In this document: positions 63,933 through 64,000 of the stretch, one piece after another
Position numbering within the stretch: position 1 is the stretch's first letter
Layout: every line of letters starts with the position of its first letter
Assembly: GCF_036321535.1 (NCBI RefSeq)
Contig: NC_087437.1
Span: forward strand, 58,468,001 to 58,532,000
Source: Camelus dromedarius
Taxonomy: Eukaryota
Direction of reading: 5' to 3'
DNA: 64,000 bases
Notes under the pieces: generated by a model
Told to the model about the DNA's origin: nothing
The model's input: only the letters and a program-made list of their open reading frames with translations
Database searches by the model: none
Translations under genes and position numbers: made by a program

Positions 63933-64000
63933 GGGGCAGACTATAGCTCCAGTGGTAGAACACATGCTTAGCATGCATGAGGTCCTGGGTTCGATCCCTA
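63933..64000 (+). mobile_element. tRNA-Ala-derived SINE, cut by the window edge
   Basis: tatagctccagtggtagaacacatgcttagcatgcatgaggtcctgggttcgatccc. Confidence 0.88.

Noticed and set aside
1..64000. The many 60-150 aa ORFs in the six-frame track as independent genes
   Set aside because: They are ATP13A4 exons running into introns, antisense shadows of exons, L1/L2/LTR remnants or low-complexity translations. None has independent gene structure.

Overview
Mammalian intragenic DNA, most likely a camelid (inferred from tRNA-Ala-derived SINEs of Vic-1 type, with no Alu, Bov-tA or PRE-1 recognised). The whole window lies inside one gene on the minus strand, ATP13A4, a P5B-type ATPase. I resolved 26 consecutive GT-AG coding exons at base level (exons 3-28 by human numbering, recalled from memory). 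They splice into an uninterrupted 3063-nt, 1021-codon frame carrying the P-type motifs TGES, PPALP, DKTGT, KGAPE, TGDN and GDGAND. Exons 1-2 lie beyond base 64000 and the last exons lie before base 1. Introns contain old repeats (L1M, L2, MIR, MER5, MER63, ERVL-type LTRs), a probable class I ERV internal region, and younger L1 3' ends and SINEs with readable target-site duplications (TSDs). I found no evidence of a new biological system. The most interesting details are a twin-primed (5'-inverted) L1 with a probable short 3' transduction, a recursive-splice-type junction at exon 4, a CAGCAG tandem acceptor, and two candidate poison exons behind long pyrimidine tracts. Repeat family names come from recalled consensus sequences, not from a search, and old-repeat boundaries are approximate.
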